A stretch of DNA of 37,893 nt from Streblomastix strix (taxonomy: Eukaryota): assembly GCA_008636045.1 (NCBI GenBank), contig SNRW01000034.1, positions 1 to 37,893 on the forward strand, read 5' to 3'. Position numbers and translations under genes: made by a program. This document shows positions 1 to 10,595 of this stretch, in pieces. A model generated the notes under the pieces. It was not told where the DNA came from and did not search any database. It saw only the letters and a list, made by a program, of their open reading frames with translations. Within the stretch, counting starts at the first letter, position 1; every line of letters begins with the position of its first letter.

Positions 1-59
1 ATTTTACTAGAATCGTGGAGGATTGATCTCAAATCATCGTGAAAAAGTTAAGGTACTGA

Positions 60-398
60 AAAACAGTCATCGTATAGTAGTTTTATAATCCAAAACCTAA
101 TGAGAATGAAAGGTATTATAATTATTGTTTGAAAGAAATAATATAAAAATAAAATATTCAATTAAACGATGTAGCATTCAAATAATCATTATTTGAAAAA
201 TCAGTTTATGCTCAAAATATTATCCTTGGTTAAAGAAATAAATAAATGTCAAAAATATAAATAAATAAAGTAAGTTTAACATCAATTCATAACATAATGG
301 TTGTATTTGGAAATTAGTGTTTAGCTCCATTCTTTTACTTTAGTGGTTAGCAATTGAGTTCGGATATTTATATCATTACTAAAGAAGGTCATTAATGA
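60..398 (+). pseudogene. Possible C-terminal fragment of a Polinton-type family B DNA polymerase
   Basis: Code-6 frame ...CLKEIIQKQNIQLNDVAFKQSLFEKSVYAQNIILGQRNKQMSKIQINKVSLTSIHNIMVVFGNQCLAPFF...TGA(396-398). Resembles, from memory only, the C-terminal tail of metamonad Polinton-like PolB. No catalytic motif is visible. Confidence 0.35.
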
Positions 399-601
399 AT
401 TTCATATATTTAACACGATAATTTGGATTAGCTAATGAATGACTTTTGAGTGTTCCGAGTGCTCCAAGTGTTTTGAGTTATACGAGTTCTATTAAAAATG
501 CCAGTCGAAGTGACAGAAAGTCGAAACATGAAAAAATAATTATTATTAAATTTCAGTTTAATCGTAATATGAACCTACAAAATAAAAAAAAATAAAAAAG
601 T

Positions 602-1164
602 ATAAATGAAAAAAATTAGCCGCGGTGAACATCAGAAAATGTAATGAATTTAATAATAGTAACCAACAACGACTTCCCAGATAAAATTGAAGCTAATGAT
701 AGGCGTTATGTTATATGCAGATGTAAAGCAGTTCATATAAATAACATTGAATATTTCAATTCTTTATCTAACGGTTTCACTACTGAATTTAACAATAATT
801 TAATTATTTATTTTTTGACCAGAGATATAAGTAATTGGAATTAAAAATCATTCCATTCACAGAGGCGAAAAAGGACATAATTAGATCATCACGTTCATAA
901 CTAGATGATGTTATATTATAAAATTATCAAGCGTTTAACAAAGTCGTAACTTGTACTATTGCATTATATTTCAAACGATTCGATGTTAAAGAAAAATTAT
1001 TCTAATTATAACTCAAAAATAAATATCAAAGAATATAAAAAACAATGTTAGAAAAACGAACATGGATATATAGATAGAAAGAAGATTTAATAAAATTATA
1101 TGATAGACTAAGAGAAGAAGAACAAGACATTAATGAAGATGCTAATGACTCAATCAACTATTGA
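602..1164 (+). pseudogene. C-terminal fragment of a D5-like SF3 helicase
   Basis: INEKNQPR*TSENVMNLIIVTNN (motif C), DRRY (arginine finger), FLTRDIS, then a frameshift near 845 into IPFTEAKKDIIRSSRSQLDDVI...TGA(1162-1164). Clearly homologous to the C-terminus of 10596-13320. Confidence 0.85.
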
Positions 1165-1195
1165 ACATTATTTATTTTTGTTTATTTTTCTAACT

Positions 1196-1560
1196 TCTTG
1201 CAGAATGGCAGACTAGCAGCAGTTTTTGATGAAATTTTTTGACTCGATGCACTCGATACACTCAATACAATCAAAAATCATTCACTACCCTCATCAATTA
1301 TCCACATCATTTTCGAATATATCGATGATGTTTTATGACTCGATGCACTCGATGCATCTATTCAAAGACTATAAATAAATATTTTTTTTTCATGTTTTCG
1401 ACTATATGGCAGGATGGCAGGCTGGCAGCGGTTTTTCATGAAAGTTTTTGACTCGGTGCCCTCGGTACAGTCAAAAGTCATTCATTAACGATTCCATTTT
1501 CTTATGCCAATTTCAATAAATTCATCGATGTTTTATGACTCAATGCACTCTGTGCAGTCA
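1196..1560 (+). repeat. Two tandem ~200-bp degenerate units, each with a (TGGCAG)x3 block and ACTCGRTGC 9-mer arrays; inverted partial copy at ~434-480
   Basis: GACTCGATGCACTCGATACACTCAATACA (1241), GACTCGATGCACTCGATGCA (1337), GACTCGGTGCCCTCGGTACA (1450), GACTCAATGCACTCTGTGCA (1537). Confidence 0.8.
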
Positions 1561-1740
1561 AACATTTAACGAAATCCAAATGTAATTTCATTCAACCATA
1601 CCATCAACTTAATTAATTAACGGCGTAAGTAGTTATGTGAAAAAGGAGAGTGCCATACATTTCAAAAATATAATTCAATAATGTATATCATTAATCTACT
1701 TCAATATCCACATGCAATCATGTTTTATTAAAAATGTACA

Positions 1741-2091
1741 TCATTAATCGTATTCAAGTGTCTATTTTCTTTTACATTATTTTTTTTCTAATCGATATAC
1801 TAAATAGCTTTTTTCATCTTATTCTTTGTCAGTTCCTCCATACTAATTACGTAATTCACTAATGCATTGGTCATATTTCTTTTTAATAATATGTCCATTA
1901 CTGAGTTCATTAGTCTATTCATTCGTTTGCTCAATAGTCTATTCATTAGTCATTTGATCAATCATAGCTTTTGCTTTCTCATCTGTACTCCATTTGTGAG
2001 TATATTTACGTTTTGGTTCTTTCTCAAGTGTCTCACATTTCACGTTTGTTTATTGATTTGATTTGTCATTTGAAAATTCTTCTGTTGCCAT
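1741..2091 (-). pseudogene. 116-codon ORF sharing its N-terminus and upstream region with the Prim-Pol/helicase gene
   Basis: MATEEFSNDKSNQQTNVKCETLEKEPKRKYTHKWSTDEKAKAMIDQM versus MTTEESTSVQTISNESINIKHITLEKGPKRQYNRKSKTDDKAKELMDKL. Both share upstream AACTTTTTATCCGAAA.CAAAATG and GCCATAAATTAAATAAAA. Confidence 0.6.
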
Positions 2092-2638
2092 TTTGCTTTC
2101 GGATAAAAAGTTCAAATAATTTCTTAAAATAAATTTTTTATTTAATTTATGGCATATGGCATATGGCAGACAAATTCGTCAGGACTAAAAATTTTTGTCC
2201 AGTTCCGTATTTTTGTCCCTTATTGATAATTCATATCATTTATCCACTCCGCTAGCACATCCATATATTAATAGGACAGAAATTTTATCAATCACTTAAT
2301 TGGACTGCCATAATTAATAATCCGAGCGACCGTCCGACCAAATATTATTTTGTCAATTTTATGGTTTAAATCCTGCACACCTGCACACATGGACAATTCA
2401 CTTCATTTATCCACTTCACTAGCACATAATCATCAGAGTATTCAATGGTCCTAGACAATTCATCTCGTTTATCCACTTCATTAATCTTTTTCATTAATAT
2501 TCATAATTCATCGTATCCAATAGTCCATCCATTCATTTTTAACTCCATATTCGAGATCAGCGTACCAACATTGACTAAAGCATCAATTCTCAAGTCATTC
2601 AAAAAATTTCAATTTTCCTATGATATTTTAGTATATAT

Positions 2639-3042
2639 GGGCAATTTTCATCACAACCAATAGCCTATAAAAATTTTTATATTTTAATATAAAATAATTT
2701 TAGTAGCAAAAGTCTCAAATTATATATATGTCAAAACTGCCTGGACAAAAAATATTTTTTTTGTTTAAAAATTTAAAAATTCAAATTTTTTATTTTTTTA
2801 TAAGAATGAAATTTAACTAAATTTATATATAACTAAATATAATTAACATTCACAATTTTAAAAATAGTAAACAAATTTAAATTTCATCATTGATCGTAAA
2901 GTCGAAAAAAATTAATTTAAAAATATCTATTTTATGTCAAGGCTGTTTTGACATATATATAATTTATGACTTTACTACAAAAATTATTTTAAATTAAAAT
3001 ATTAAAAAAATTATAGACTATTGGTTGTGATGAAAAATGGCC
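2639..3042. mobile_element. MITE-like element, ~404 bp, with ~115-bp imperfect TIRs and ATAT on both flanks
   Basis: GGGCAATTTTCATCACAACCAATAGCCTATAA...TGTCAAAACTGCCTGGACA versus the reverse complement of 2928-3042 (GGCCATTTTTCATCACAACCAATAGTCTATAA...TGTCAAAACAGCCTTGACA). No ORF. Confidence 0.8.
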
Positions 3043-3444
3043 ATATAATAAAAATAAAATAAATTTATGATAGGTTCAATTCCCATTAAAAAACTTTATT
3101 TTTCATATTATTTTGATACACTATCCTAAGGTCATATATGAGTCATAGATTCCAAAAACAATCATTTTAATAAATTCTAAAACTGTTCATCACCATCAAT
3201 TTCATCAAATATTGTATTTCAATCATCGACCAACTACTAGATGCCATTATTTCAATTTCATCAATGATAACTTGATTTGATAGATTTAATTAATCAATAT
3301 AAGTTAGCACATATCGCTCAAATCATTGTTTTAGGCTATGAGTAGTTAATGAAAAAGACTAATGCCTGAAATATTGCCTAAATTCTATTCATTTGTTAGA
3401 TTCAGAAATGAGATCAATTATTTTTTTTTAATGCACAGCATAAA

Positions 3445-4664
3445 TCATAATAATTACTTTTCAATAATAATGATATTCATAAACATTATAATTAATTATT
3501 TTATCCGAATAACTTAATTAATATCTATTTATTCATTGATTTCAGTAAAATATTCTCCTATTACTGGATCTTTAGCTTCTTTTGAATGCTTCGATATTAC
3601 TTCAGAAACAGTGGTTACTTCATGTGCCTTGTTAGAAGTTAGTTTCATTGCAATTCTCAGATATGAAGCGAATAGACAATATAGTAATAAAATAATTGGA
3701 ATTCCAAATGCAAAGAACAGATCATATGTAAACATTATATAATATATTACTGCTTTCAATTTCTCATAAATATGTCTATTTGTCTATTTCATATATTACT
3801 TCTATTTTCTTGATTTTCTTTATTTTATTACTATTCTCTTATTACAAACTATAGATGATCCATTTAATTTATTTGAACTATGCGTCTTATTAATTCTTTA
3901 ACCTTTTCCTGATCTAGGAAAACATCCTTATCTTGATTGTTACTATGTTTATTCTGTTTATTATGGTATTGAAGATCGTGTTCCAGATGGAGTGAGTATT
4001 TTGAAGTAAAGAAATTATGCAAGTGTTTGATAATCTGCTCCTTTCAGTAATGTTCTCATTAATAATTTAGCATTTGCTGCATAAATTGAATTAGCATTCA
4101 CTTCTTCATTGATACTGAGAAATATCTGTGAATCTATTCCAATGTACCACCAGTGACGTTTTATTTCCTTTCATTTTTATCATTTCCAGAATTAGTTTTT
4201 CTTCCTCTCTTTCTATTCTACAGAGAAATATTCCTAAATTATTCGAGGTTATTAACAAAAGTCGCATGTTTCATTTGTTCTTCTTATACCCGTGTAAGAA
4301 TGGTTGAATTTTCCACAGCAACAGCTTTGAGATTAAGTTGTTCCTGAAGTTACACTAATTCAAATGGTTTTCGATTGTATCTTTGATTTTGTCTTTTAAA
4401 ATTGCATTCTTTGAAGTTTGTACCTTTAGCTGAATTTGTGCATTCTTGCTCAATATGTGGTCGTTCGTTTTGCTTAAAGGCTAATCTGTTAAACATTTCT
4501 TCTTTCTCTTTTATTTATCTTTATCTGTCTTATTCAACATTGTTTTTTGCATTTTTTGCTGCTTTTCTACGCTCCTGTGCAAGATCATATCCAGTGCTTA
4601 TACTACTATGTTTTTCCTTCCTGAATATTTAAATAAATTCATCTACAGCGCAATTGAGACTCAT
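3445..4664 (-). pseudogene. Degraded hypothetical protein (charged coiled-coil stretch plus one hydrophobic segment)
   Basis: Code-6 frames MSLNCAVDEFIQIFRKEK...KEKEEMFNRLAFKQ and, after a frameshift, ...YYIMFTYDLFFAFGIPIILLLYCLFASYLRIAM. No family recognised; boundaries uncertain. Confidence 0.35.
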
Positions 4665-5168
4665 ATACGTTTTTTATCGAGGTTTTTTTCAATTAAAAGG
4701 TTCGGCTTTTTTCACTCATCTTGTGATTGAATTTGGTGAACATATTTGTCATTGTTGAGTTTTATATTTTTGCACTATTTTTAATATTTATTTTATTTTA
4801 TACATTTTGTCCAATGCTTTAGAGACAATTTTATTTAAATTTATTATTCTGCTAGTTTTTATCTACAATTCTTATTTTCAAACGAGATATTTTCATTCAA
4901 TTTTTAGTTTTAGCTCATTATTTTTATATTATTAAATTATTACCAGATCAATCACTTGTACGCGCCATTCCTATTCATTGAAATTTTCATATTTAAAATT
5001 AACAAAAGAACCTTCAATACAAAATAATTTTTATTTATTATTATTAATTTTCCAATAAAATATATTCCCAGATATTAATATCCATATTATTTTTTTTACT
5101 GTTAAATTCATCCTTCTTTATAATTAATTTTTTATTTACTTTGCTTTCTTTTATAATTCATTTTTCAG

Positions 5169-7707
5169 ATGGAAGAATCTACTTTTCGCCCGGATTTACC
5201 TTCCATGTTTGGTTCAACGGCTGGTTCAGATGTTACTGTGTGAACTTTTCATAATTTCATCTTTATTTACTATATTAATCAATTTTCAGATAATTATTCC
5301 TCATTTAATCGAAGATCTAGAGTCCGACAACACAACTCTTCATGCTCCTTCACTTCGATAGCTATTGGAGATTATTTTGGCTAGTATAATTTCTTTTTTT
5401 CTATTCTAATATAATTTTATTTTATTTTATTTATAAGATCGTGAAAGCAAAGATTTATCTTTGAAATACAAACTGATACCTTTGCTGAACAAATTCGCTG
5501 GAAACATAGAAAAGAATGAAGAATTTGTTTGTAGTTATTTACTTATTATTATTTTGATAATTTTCTTATAATTTGTATTTTAGGTTCTGAGCACAACGAT
5601 CTTACATGTTATTGGAGTTCGAAATGGAAGTGATGACAAAACAATTCTTGCAGGAGCTGCAATTGACTCAATAATTCATTCTTTATTTGTATATTTCTTC
5701 TTATTTTATTTATTTTCTTTTTTAATGTATTTTATTTATATTCAGTCTCGAGATGAAAAGACATCCAAATCAGGATGCAAAGCACTTTGTGAACTTATTG
5801 AAGAAAATGAAATCATCCGACATTCACTTATGGCAACTGGATTCATCTCTAAAGTTCAATATGCATTCATTAATAGCTCATAATCTTCTTCTTCCTCCTA
5901 ATAAACAGAAATCACAACACCTTATCATGTGAAATGTGGACTTCTTGATATTATTCTGAAACTTGTTGTGACTGTTGATGATCTTCAACCAACTTCGATT
6001 CTGATTCCAATTCTGACCGAATTGAAAAACAATGGAGAAAAAGAAATGAAGAAAAAAGCAGTAAATATTTTCTTATTTTTAAATCAAAAAGTAGTAAATT
6101 CTTCTTCTTCTGATTCTAAAGAAAAAGATGAATAAATCAAATAACTGAAAGAAGAAATGAGAAGAAAAGAAGAAGAACTTTAAAGAGAAAGAAGAAGAGC
6201 AGATGAAGCCGAAGAAGTATCAAGAGTGTTTTAATTAGATATTAAGAATAAAAACAGAGAAATTGAAAGATTACAGTAGAGAACTCAAATAATTGAATAA
6301 GAAAAAGAAAGAGAAAAAATTAGAGCAGAAGAATATGCAAATAATATTACTCAAATGAGTCTACAATTGGCATAAAAGAACTAAATAATTTAATAATTGA
6401 CTGAAAGATAATAAGCACTGGAAGCTTTACTTCCTCCCAGAAATGAGAATGAATGTTTTTTATATTTATTTTTAAAATAAATAAAATAATAATATTTTTT
6501 TTTACTTTTTATATTTCATTTATTTTAAATTACAGATCTACCTGAAATTAGCACAATAACTTCAAATGTAGTTATACCTGATTTTGCAACAGTTTAATAG
6601 AATGCGAACAAATTAATTCATACAAATTAGAATAATGATTACATCACTATTGCCTATAATCCCATTATTTCTTAGGGTGTTGTCAGATTTGAAGGATTTT
6701 TTTAAAACACTGCTGAAGACTTTTGTTTGCAATTATTTTATTATTATTATTATATTTGATATTCAAATAACTTGCATTTATTAGGTATTGGAATAGCTGA
6801 TGTTTCTGCTGTTTTTGAACCAAATAAACTCCCTGGTGATGACGATAGTGTGAATAATAATTAATTAAAATTTAGATTATTTAAAAATATAAAAAAAAAT
6901 TTATTTACATATTTTTTTATTTTTATTTCATTCACATTTTTTTCAGATTATACAAAAACAATTCGTTATTATAATAGGTATATATATATATATATATATA
7001 TATTTCATTATTACTATTTCATTATTACTAGAGGAGGAACAAGTCACATTTCCTCTCAATATCCAGGAAATAGTAAAATTGAAGAAAATTAACTTGTAGC
7101 ATGTGAAGTTAATATGACATCAAATCCAAGAACACTTCACTTCTTCGTCAATAGTCAAGAATAACCTCTTTCAATCTCTGATATTCCTTCAAACATCAGA
7201 TTCTTTGTATTATTGATAAATCCTGAATAATCTTTCACTCTTACTCGCTTTGAATGTATTCAATCTTCATCTGCGAGAGGAGTAGAAAGGTCATAAGTAC
7301 TGAATTGGGGAATAGATTGGGACAATAATAATGATGATGATGAAGGTTTAAAATTTTCAATCAAAAATTAATTAAACATTATTAATTCATTTTGCAATTA
7401 TTTTTATTGTTATTTTCTCTCATTTTTTATTCATTTTAAATCAGAATAAATGAATTTTAATCGTTTATTTGTAGGAAACCTAAACTACTTAACTACTGAA
7501 GAGGATCTCAAAGAATTTTTTGAGACGGTAGGGGAAGTGGGTGATGCAACTGTCATAACTAGAGATGGACGTAGCAAAGGATTTGGATTCGTGACAATGC
7601 GCAACTAAGAATAAACATAACGAGCACTGAACCAACTCAATAATCGCGTGTTGGATGGTCGTATTATCAGAATCGAATATGCCAAAAATAGAAGATGTAT
7701 CTTTTGA
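5169..7707 (+). CDS. Multi-exon protein: ARM/HEAT-like N-terminus, coiled coil, SPRY/B30.2-like domain, C-terminal RRM
   Basis: CAG|ATG at 5169; about 10 exons join in frame through GT-AG introns under code 6. SPRY-like: IAYNPIISQGVVRFEG, CIGIADVSAVF, VACEVNMTSNPRTLHFFVNSQEQP...IPSNIRFF. RRM: RNP2 LFVGNL and RNP1 KGFGFVTM. First in-frame TGA is 7705-7707. Confidence 0.8.
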
Positions 7708-7994
7708 CAAAGATGAAACTTAGGATGCAAGATGATATTCAAGAAAATGCTAGAAAAAAAAATTGCAAAATCTATAATTATAGTTCAACTTACATACATG
7801 AGATTTTCAATTTAAACTCAATCGCATTACTAAATAGTATTTATTTTATTATTCTCACTTAATAAATCAATTCAATTAACATTTATTAATTTGTAAATAA
7901 TTTAAACTAATCTGATGATTTCTTTCAATATCAATTGTTGTAAACGTAGCAAATGGACCAAATGCGATATTTCCATCAACTGCAATTGAAAATT

Positions 7995-8195
7995 TTTTTT
8001 TTCATCTTATTAATTTTTATTTTTCTTATTTTTCTCCTATTCTTTTTCTTATTCTTTCTTTTTTTCTTTCACCTATCGTTATTATTATTCTTTCTCATAT
8101 TCTTTCTCTAATTCTTATTCTTCATCTTATTCTTTCACTTATTCTTTCACTTTTTATTTCTCTTTCTTTTATTCTTTCTATTATTTTTATTCTAT
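7995..8195 (+). repeat. Pyrimidine-rich low-complexity tract (TTATTCTTTC-like units)
   Basis: Almost G-free run of TTATTC/TTTCTC units just upstream of the gag-like ORF. Confidence 0.75.
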
Positions 8196-8227
8196 TACTA
8201 GAGTGTTATAAATAACACTCTGATAAT
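8194..8227. promoter_or_regulatory. 13-8-13 dyad ATTACTAGAGTGT-TATAAATA-ACACTCTGATAAT
   Basis: Arms match 11/13 as an inverted repeat. The spacer is a TATA-box consensus. It lies ~130 bp upstream of the ATG at 8358. Function is inferred. Confidence 0.45.
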
Positions 8228-8357
8228 GTACTTATATCACTTCGTTCAATTGCTCCACCTCTTTATTACGACACTGCCATACTCGGCCTTAGAGACAGAA
8301 GCCCCCACGAGCTGTCCATCCATATGGGTCGGCCATCTAAAAACAAAGAAAGCAGAA

Positions 8358-10448
8358 ATGGACGCAAATCAGGACCACTCCAAAAATGCGCGTTAGTTCA
8401 GTAGGCTAGGCACGCTACAAACGCATGCGTAGGGCACCAATTCGAGCCACGCAGTTGACTTGCCCATCGCGCAACTGGATTTAGACGTATTTCAGTCCGA
8501 TCGACAGTTAGCGCCCACTGTAGCCACTAACGCACTCATACAACGCACCACACCGCTACCACTCGTTTAGGGATAGCTAGTGCAAATATTGGAAGGCATC
8601 ACCGGAGCGCCGCTGCAGGAAACTGATTTTTACGCAACAAATATGTCGAATACGCAGGTTCTGGAGGTAATGCAACGCGCAGCAAGGACCCCGCAGCTTT
8701 TACAACACACGGAGATACCAGCAGCAGATAGACAACTCCTGCCGCCACTTCAAACGATAGACGCGCTCGCCTCAGGTTTTTAATTGCAAGCGCTGCAGTT
8801 CTGGGAGCTTGGTATACTCACCATTTAACACATTTTGGAGGGCAATTTAACAGAAGCGTTGATTGATACTGTCTCCGGACTAGTCCTGGCCCTCAGGCAG
8901 GCAGAACGCACAAATATGGTGAGAATAAGACTTTTTTCTGGTATCAACACCCATTTATTTGATGGGAACAACAACTCCGTGATGATCCATACCAACCTTG
9001 CGACTACGTAGAATAAGATTGGCATCCAGTAGCTAACCTCGGGATAAAGTGTTGCGAACGTACAAGGCAACCTAATCGTGGCAAACGCCTTTTTAAACCT
9101 TCAACCCCCGTAGAGACGCGCAATGCTGACGCCAGCCTAGATCACGAACAATTTACATCTAGGAATCAACACGAAATCGGAATAACAGACTTAATAGTCA
9201 TAAATTTCACAGGCAACCTTGTAAGGACACTTTTAAGCATAATTCCAGTAAAATTTACAATTACAACAGCAATCGTTATTCCTGAATAGATGTTTATTCA
9301 ATACTGCTACACAACTGTAGCTAAATCAATAAAATTCCTTACGTCCGGATCCTTCTTTAATCCAATAACAATAAATTGCACCAATTCTCCCTATAATTCA
9401 AAACTCTCAGTAATAAGGAACTGACTCTGAAGGCAATCAAACCCAGAGACAGAATACCATTGCAAGGAACTCTCATACTGTGATGGAGATCGACATGGAG
9501 TCAGAAGGACGCGATATAAATCCTCCACCTCTTGAAGCAAAAATCAACCAGGCTTCCTTTAAAAGATAAAGAGATTACTGGGCCACGAATTCGTACCTTC
9601 TAAAGTACATCGGTAAACCAGGTGCTAGTCAACATCATCCGGGATATGGAGAAAGACAAATTGTAGTACAGGAAGTAATATTAAGACACGCCAGAGGTGA
9701 AACCATCTCAATTGCATATTGGAAAAAGTTTTGGAAGAAGCTTGACACAGATCTTAAATTAGACGCTGTAAAACTACAATCAACCGTTTCATACTCAGAA
9801 GACCAGGGCAAAGAGAAAGATTAAAGTACTGCCTTTTGGAACAATTCAAGAAAGAAATATAGACAGGATTATAGATCAAATTCAGAAGGAAATAACCAGA
9901 ATTTTTAGCCTAGGTACAATATCAGGGATGACTTTAGATCGCAAGGTCGAAGATAAAGAGGAGGAAGAGGAGATTACAGAGGAAGAGGTTTCAGAGGAAA
10001 TAGAGGCAGTCATTATAGAGGTAATCGAGCAGTAGATAAATATTATAATGGTAATAACCACAACTTGTTTAATGTCGCTCCATGGCCTCCAATTGAATCA
10101 GTTCCGGCAACTACATCAAATACAGTTGTTCCAGACCTTTCTAAAAGACAAGTTGGAGGTCCAACTCTTCAATTGGTAAGAATTCCTGATTCATGGAAAT
10201 CAAATAAAACTCCTACACCTAAACAACAATCAAAACAACCAACTCCAACTCAAGGTACTACGGTTCAACTTTAACTCATTATTTAATAAGAACAAATAAT
10301 TATTGCATATTATTATGGCATCATAATCAAATTCGAAAGTCTCGACACGGTGCACATGGACAATTCAATCAATTTCACCAGAGCAGTCATTTTATGCCAT
10401 TATGGTAGCACCATATTTATTTACGGTCACTAATCCTTCAAATTATGA
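8358..10448 (+). CDS. Long intronless ORF (~696 codons, code 6); probable gag-like ORF1 of a tyrosine-recombinase (DIRS/Ngaro-type) retrotransposon, probably fused to unrelated 3' sequence
   Basis: One open frame from MDANQDHSKNARQFSRLG through track ORFs 8580 and 10065 to TGA 10446-10448. GC-richer than host genes, with a Gln-rich middle and an RGG-rich segment (RGGRGDYRGRGFRGNRG). The gag call rests on architecture and the downstream YR remnant, not on a diagnostic motif. Confidence 0.5.
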
Positions 10449-10462
10449 TCAAAATTGAACAA

Positions 10463-10538
10463 TATGGCATAATGGTCGATATGGCAGGAAAAAAAGATGG
10501 CGAATTCGGACTCGGTGCACTCGGTTGACTCGGTGCAC
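10463..10538 (+). repeat. 76-bp direct repeat, copy 1 (downstream of the Prim-Pol/helicase gene)
   Basis: Ungapped 62/76 match to 13375-13450, including the identical 30-mer GACTCGGTGCACTCGGTTGACTCGGTGCAC. Confidence 0.9.
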
Positions 10539-10595
10539 TAGTTCATTTCACATTAATTCTCCACGATTCTAGAACAAAAATAAATTTCATTAATT

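Noticed and set aside
1867..2061. Track ORFs such as 1867-2061, 3536-3742, 4153-4347, 4402-4632, 7489-7710, 8825-9070, 16358-16543, 16392-16577, 18451-18654 and their mirrors
   Set aside because: They are antisense or off-frame shadows of code-6 genes, produced by using the wrong genetic code.
6979..7030. (TA)n run and duplicated TTTCATTATTACTA
   Set aside because: Ordinary microsatellite and slippage inside an intron.
9500..10300. Overlapping RT ORF expected after a DIRS gag
   Set aside because: The alternative frame I read hits a TGA, and I found no RT motifs in this stretch.
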